From an uncultured Verrucomicrobiae bacterium (GTDB lineage: Bacteria; Verrucomicrobiota; Verrucomicrobiia; Limisphaerales; Palsa-1400), in contig CAVPOM010000014.1 of NCBI GenBank assembly GCA_963707025.1, positions 96,001 to 160,000 of the forward strand: 64,000 nt of DNA, in the 5' to 3' direction. Below the pieces are notes generated by a model, which was not told where the DNA came from, did not search any database, and saw only the letters and a list, made by a program, of their open reading frames with translations. Every line of letters starts with the position of its first letter. Position 1 is the first letter of the stretch. A program made the position numbers and the translations under genes. Shown here piece after piece: positions 61,632 to 64,000 of this stretch.

Positions 61632-62384
61632 TCATTTTCTAGCCTTCCCTGGCGTGGCGGAACCAATCCGCTCGCCCGTCACGGTTTGAAATTCAGGCAC
61701 GGACTCTTTAATGAACTTCTGCAATCGGTCCAACGTATCAGATTCCGCCCCCGGGTGGCAAGTAGTAAAAAAGCTGATGTAAGCCCATCGCTCGGTCACC
61801 CCTTTTTGCAGGACGGTTTTGCACATGGACCACAGCCGCGAGCCTTCTTCGGAGGTGATTTTGTCCCCGGAAACAAACCAGTAAACATAAATGCACTGGA
61901 TCCTCTGCCCATTGGTCAACGCACGGGTGGCGCTGAGCTTGATCGCCGGGATGTCGTAGGCATACGGACGTTCCATGCGCAAGTCAATCCGCTCCGTATT
62001 GGTGACCGACCAGTTCTGCGCATAAAGGCAGTATTGCGGCTGGTGAATGCTGGTGTGGTCCCTCCCCATCAATACCACGGTGGCCTGAACCCAAAAGCCG
62101 TTGTTCGTGTAATAGCGCCGCCCAAAAGTGGTGTCTTGGGGCAAGCCCGTTAATTCCTCAGCCGTAGGGCCCATCGCCTGGGATTCAAATCCTGGCACAT
62201 GGGCCGGCAGAACCACGCTCCGAGGCAAAACCAGGCGGTCATCAGGTCCATAAAGCGCCGCCGGATACACCTTGACCCCAGGCGCGCCCAAGTTGACCCG
62301 CCCGCGCAGTTCCGTCAACCATCCCGCCGTGGCGGCGATCATGCCCAGCGCCACGCCAACCACCACCCACTGGCCGCGCTTCAT
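61632..62384 (-). CDS. epsI: Exosortase-associated EpsI-family protein
   Basis: TM anchor, RRYY, SIHQPQYCL...W, YVYWF; overlaps the exosortase stop codon (ATGA). Confidence 0.85.
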   Translation of the reverse strand: MKRGQWVVVGVALGMIAATAGWLTELRGRVNLGAPGVKVYPAALYGPDDRLVLPRSVVLPAHVPGFESQAMGPTAEELTGLPQDTTFGRRYYTNNGFWVQATVVLMGRDHTSIHQPQYCLYAQNWSVTNTERIDLRMERPYAYDIPAIKLSATRALTNGQRIQCIYVYWFVSGDKITSEEGSRLWSMCKTVLQKGVTERWAYISFFTTCHPGAESDTLDRLQKFIKESVPEFQTVTGERIGSATPGKARK

Positions 62385-63334
62385 GGCGGGACGGATAACG
62401 CTTTCTCCCTGAGCCACCGCCCGGCCAGCAGAAGTATCCCAAGCCCGATCATGTAGGTCACGAACCCAAACCAATGATCCACGAAATCCCCCGCGGCCTG
62501 GCTCTGGAACGCCGTCGCCGCCAGAATGATCGTGCTCAACCGCACCACATTGCAAATCAGCGCTATCGGGACAGTCAACACTATCATTATGGCCCGTTTC
62601 CAAAACGATCTCATTGTCAACACCGAGAAAATGGTCGAGATCGCCAGCAAGGCAAGGAAACTCCGGATGCCGCTGCATTCCGCCGCCACTTCGTAATGCC
62701 AGCGAGCGTGGGAATCCAGCAGCTCTGTCCCGATGCGCGTGACATCTATCTCCAACACGTTGTGCGTGATGAACATCGTCAGCATCGCGGCCAACTTCCG
62801 CAAGGGCAGCGTCAGCCCTTGCGCGAAGGTCCCCCCCATGGGCACGCAAAATGCAAAAATGAAAAACGGGAAGAAAGTGACCTTCCAGGTCTCCCATCCC
62901 CACACCAGCCCGACCAATCCCCAGGCCCCGAAGAAAAATGCCACCATGGACAAGCGCGGCTGTTGCACCACGAAACCGGCCACATGCAGCGCCAGCGCCA
63001 AACCCACCGCCAGCAAACCCGGCCACCAAACGGCGGCGACCGATTTGGCCAGCCGCTCCCGTCTGAACCAAAGGACTCCCAGCACCACCAACGGGATCAA
63101 TTTCCCGTGGCTGGCATCGTTGGATGGATCGTCCCACTTGCCCCACATCCAGGCGAACAAGGAATCCGTCCGCCCCACAGCGGCCGTGGTCCAGCCATAA
63201 TACTGGAACAGCAAAACCCAAGCCGCCAAGAGCGCTCCGAGGACCGCTTTGTCCGGCAGCGCGCCCCAGCAGCGCTGGAACTCCGCTATGAACCCTTCCC
63301 TGGAGGGTGTTTCCATTCTTACGCTCGCATCCAT
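62381..63334 (-). CDS. Exosortase (EpsH family)
   Basis: Multi-TM; SHGKLIP, VAAECSGIRS (Cys), NVVR (Arg), DHWFG (His). Confidence 0.92.
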   Translation of the reverse strand: MDASVRMETPSREGFIAEFQRCWGALPDKAVLGALLAAWVLLFQYYGWTTAAVGRTDSLFAWMWGKWDDPSNDASHGKLIPLVVLGVLWFRRERLAKSVAAVWWPGLLAVGLALALHVAGFVVQQPRLSMVAFFFGAWGLVGLVWGWETWKVTFFPFFIFAFCVPMGGTFAQGLTLPLRKLAAMLTMFITHNVLEIDVTRIGTELLDSHARWHYEVAAECSGIRSFLALLAISTIFSVLTMRSFWKRAIMIVLTVPIALICNVVRLSTIILAATAFQSQAAGDFVDHWFGFVTYMIGLGILLLAGRWLREKALSVPP

Positions 63335-63730
63335 TGAGTTTCAGACATGCTTCCGCGCCATTCAGTTCAAGATCGCCAAGTCATCTGGTGGATTGAAGCC
63401 GAACCATCGCTCCCCAAGTTCAACGGCTCCGCCACATCGCTGGCCGGAATGGCTTTGCTGCCTTTCAGGCAATCACCAATAACCCCCCTCGGCTCCTCAC
63501 ACAACGACTTTGTTGGAATTCACCAACAGGAACCGCGCCGTAAAGGATTTGCCCGGTTATGCAATCGGAAGCTTTTTCCTCCCAAACCGTGCCCACGGGC
63601 TGCCTCCGATGATGCATCCGATAATTATTCCTCGACCTGGTGCCCCTGCGCCAATGACCGGCAGGCCGGCATGTGGAACTGGCCCGCCGCCCGCCAGAAT
63701 CATGCTGGCGTGGCGATCCACTCGTTTCGC

Positions 63731-64000
63731 TCAATTATGCTTGCTCTGCGCTCCGGCAAAATGGACGACATACCAAGCATCTTCGCCGCCGCTCGCCGTG
63801 GACGCGATCATCTCCCGGGCCACGACGGTGCCCCCGGTCCGCCTCACCCACCAATCAAAGGGCTTTCCAATGGCCTCTTCAAGAGCCTGCTGCCTGACCG
63901 CCACCCATTCCATGTCGGGAGGCCGCCAGAGGTCAATTCCCACCAATTCCCGCACCCGCCTTCTTCCATAAGGCTGCCACAACGAGGTCTCGGCGCCACC
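63731..64000 (-). CDS. C-terminal end of an unidentified protein entering from outside the window
   Basis: Open frame from the window edge GGAETSLWQPYGRRRV...WYVVHFAGAQSKHN*; same orientation as the exosortase cluster. Confidence 0.55.
   Translation of the reverse strand, partial: GGAETSLWQPYGRRRVRELVGIDLWRPPDMEWVAVRQQALEEAIGKPFDWWVRRTGGTVVAREMIASTASGGEDAWYVVHFAGAQSKHN

Noticed and set aside
61632..63221. 529-aa extended EpsI or exosortase-EpsI fusion
   Set aside because: The extension overlaps the exosortase in another frame; EpsI starts at 62384, overlapping the exosortase stop

Overview
GC-rich bacterial chromosomal window, most likely Verrucomicrobiota of the Pedosphaera/Limisphaerales type. 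This assignment is inferred from the Amuc_1098-1101-like pilus/secretin cluster, the H-X9-DG prepilin-like gene, the DUF1800/DUF1501 pair and the style of the surface proteins. The left 26 kb is mostly housekeeping: pdxJ-acpS, rpsO-pnp, HU, panE, folE2, DksA-like, rpmG-rpsR, pfk, coaE, plus an ECF sigma cassette, an atypical ComEC and several REP/MITE-like elements. The right 38 kb is entirely minus-strand. It runs exosortase, EpsI, priming glycosyltransferase, UDP-glucuronate decarboxylase, then PilM(N), Amuc_1100-like, Amuc_1099-like, TPR-secretin and a standalone 5'-3' exonuclease. Five exported surface proteins follow: a repeat propeller, an apparently inactive matrixin-like protein, a ~1460-aa protein, a 3416-aa Calx-beta/delta-60 protein and a ~2260-aa S53 protease. 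The best candidate for an undescribed system is this secretin machine plus its neighbouring putative cargo. Two of these proteins share a ~70-aa C-terminal domain, and exported proteins show a strong Thr-Asn bias suggesting a glycosylation motif. A 6 x 59-bp hairpin array lies just upstream of the largest gene. Several genes are broken by single-base indels that look like sequencing or consensus errors. No rRNA, tRNA, CRISPR array or transposase was seen.
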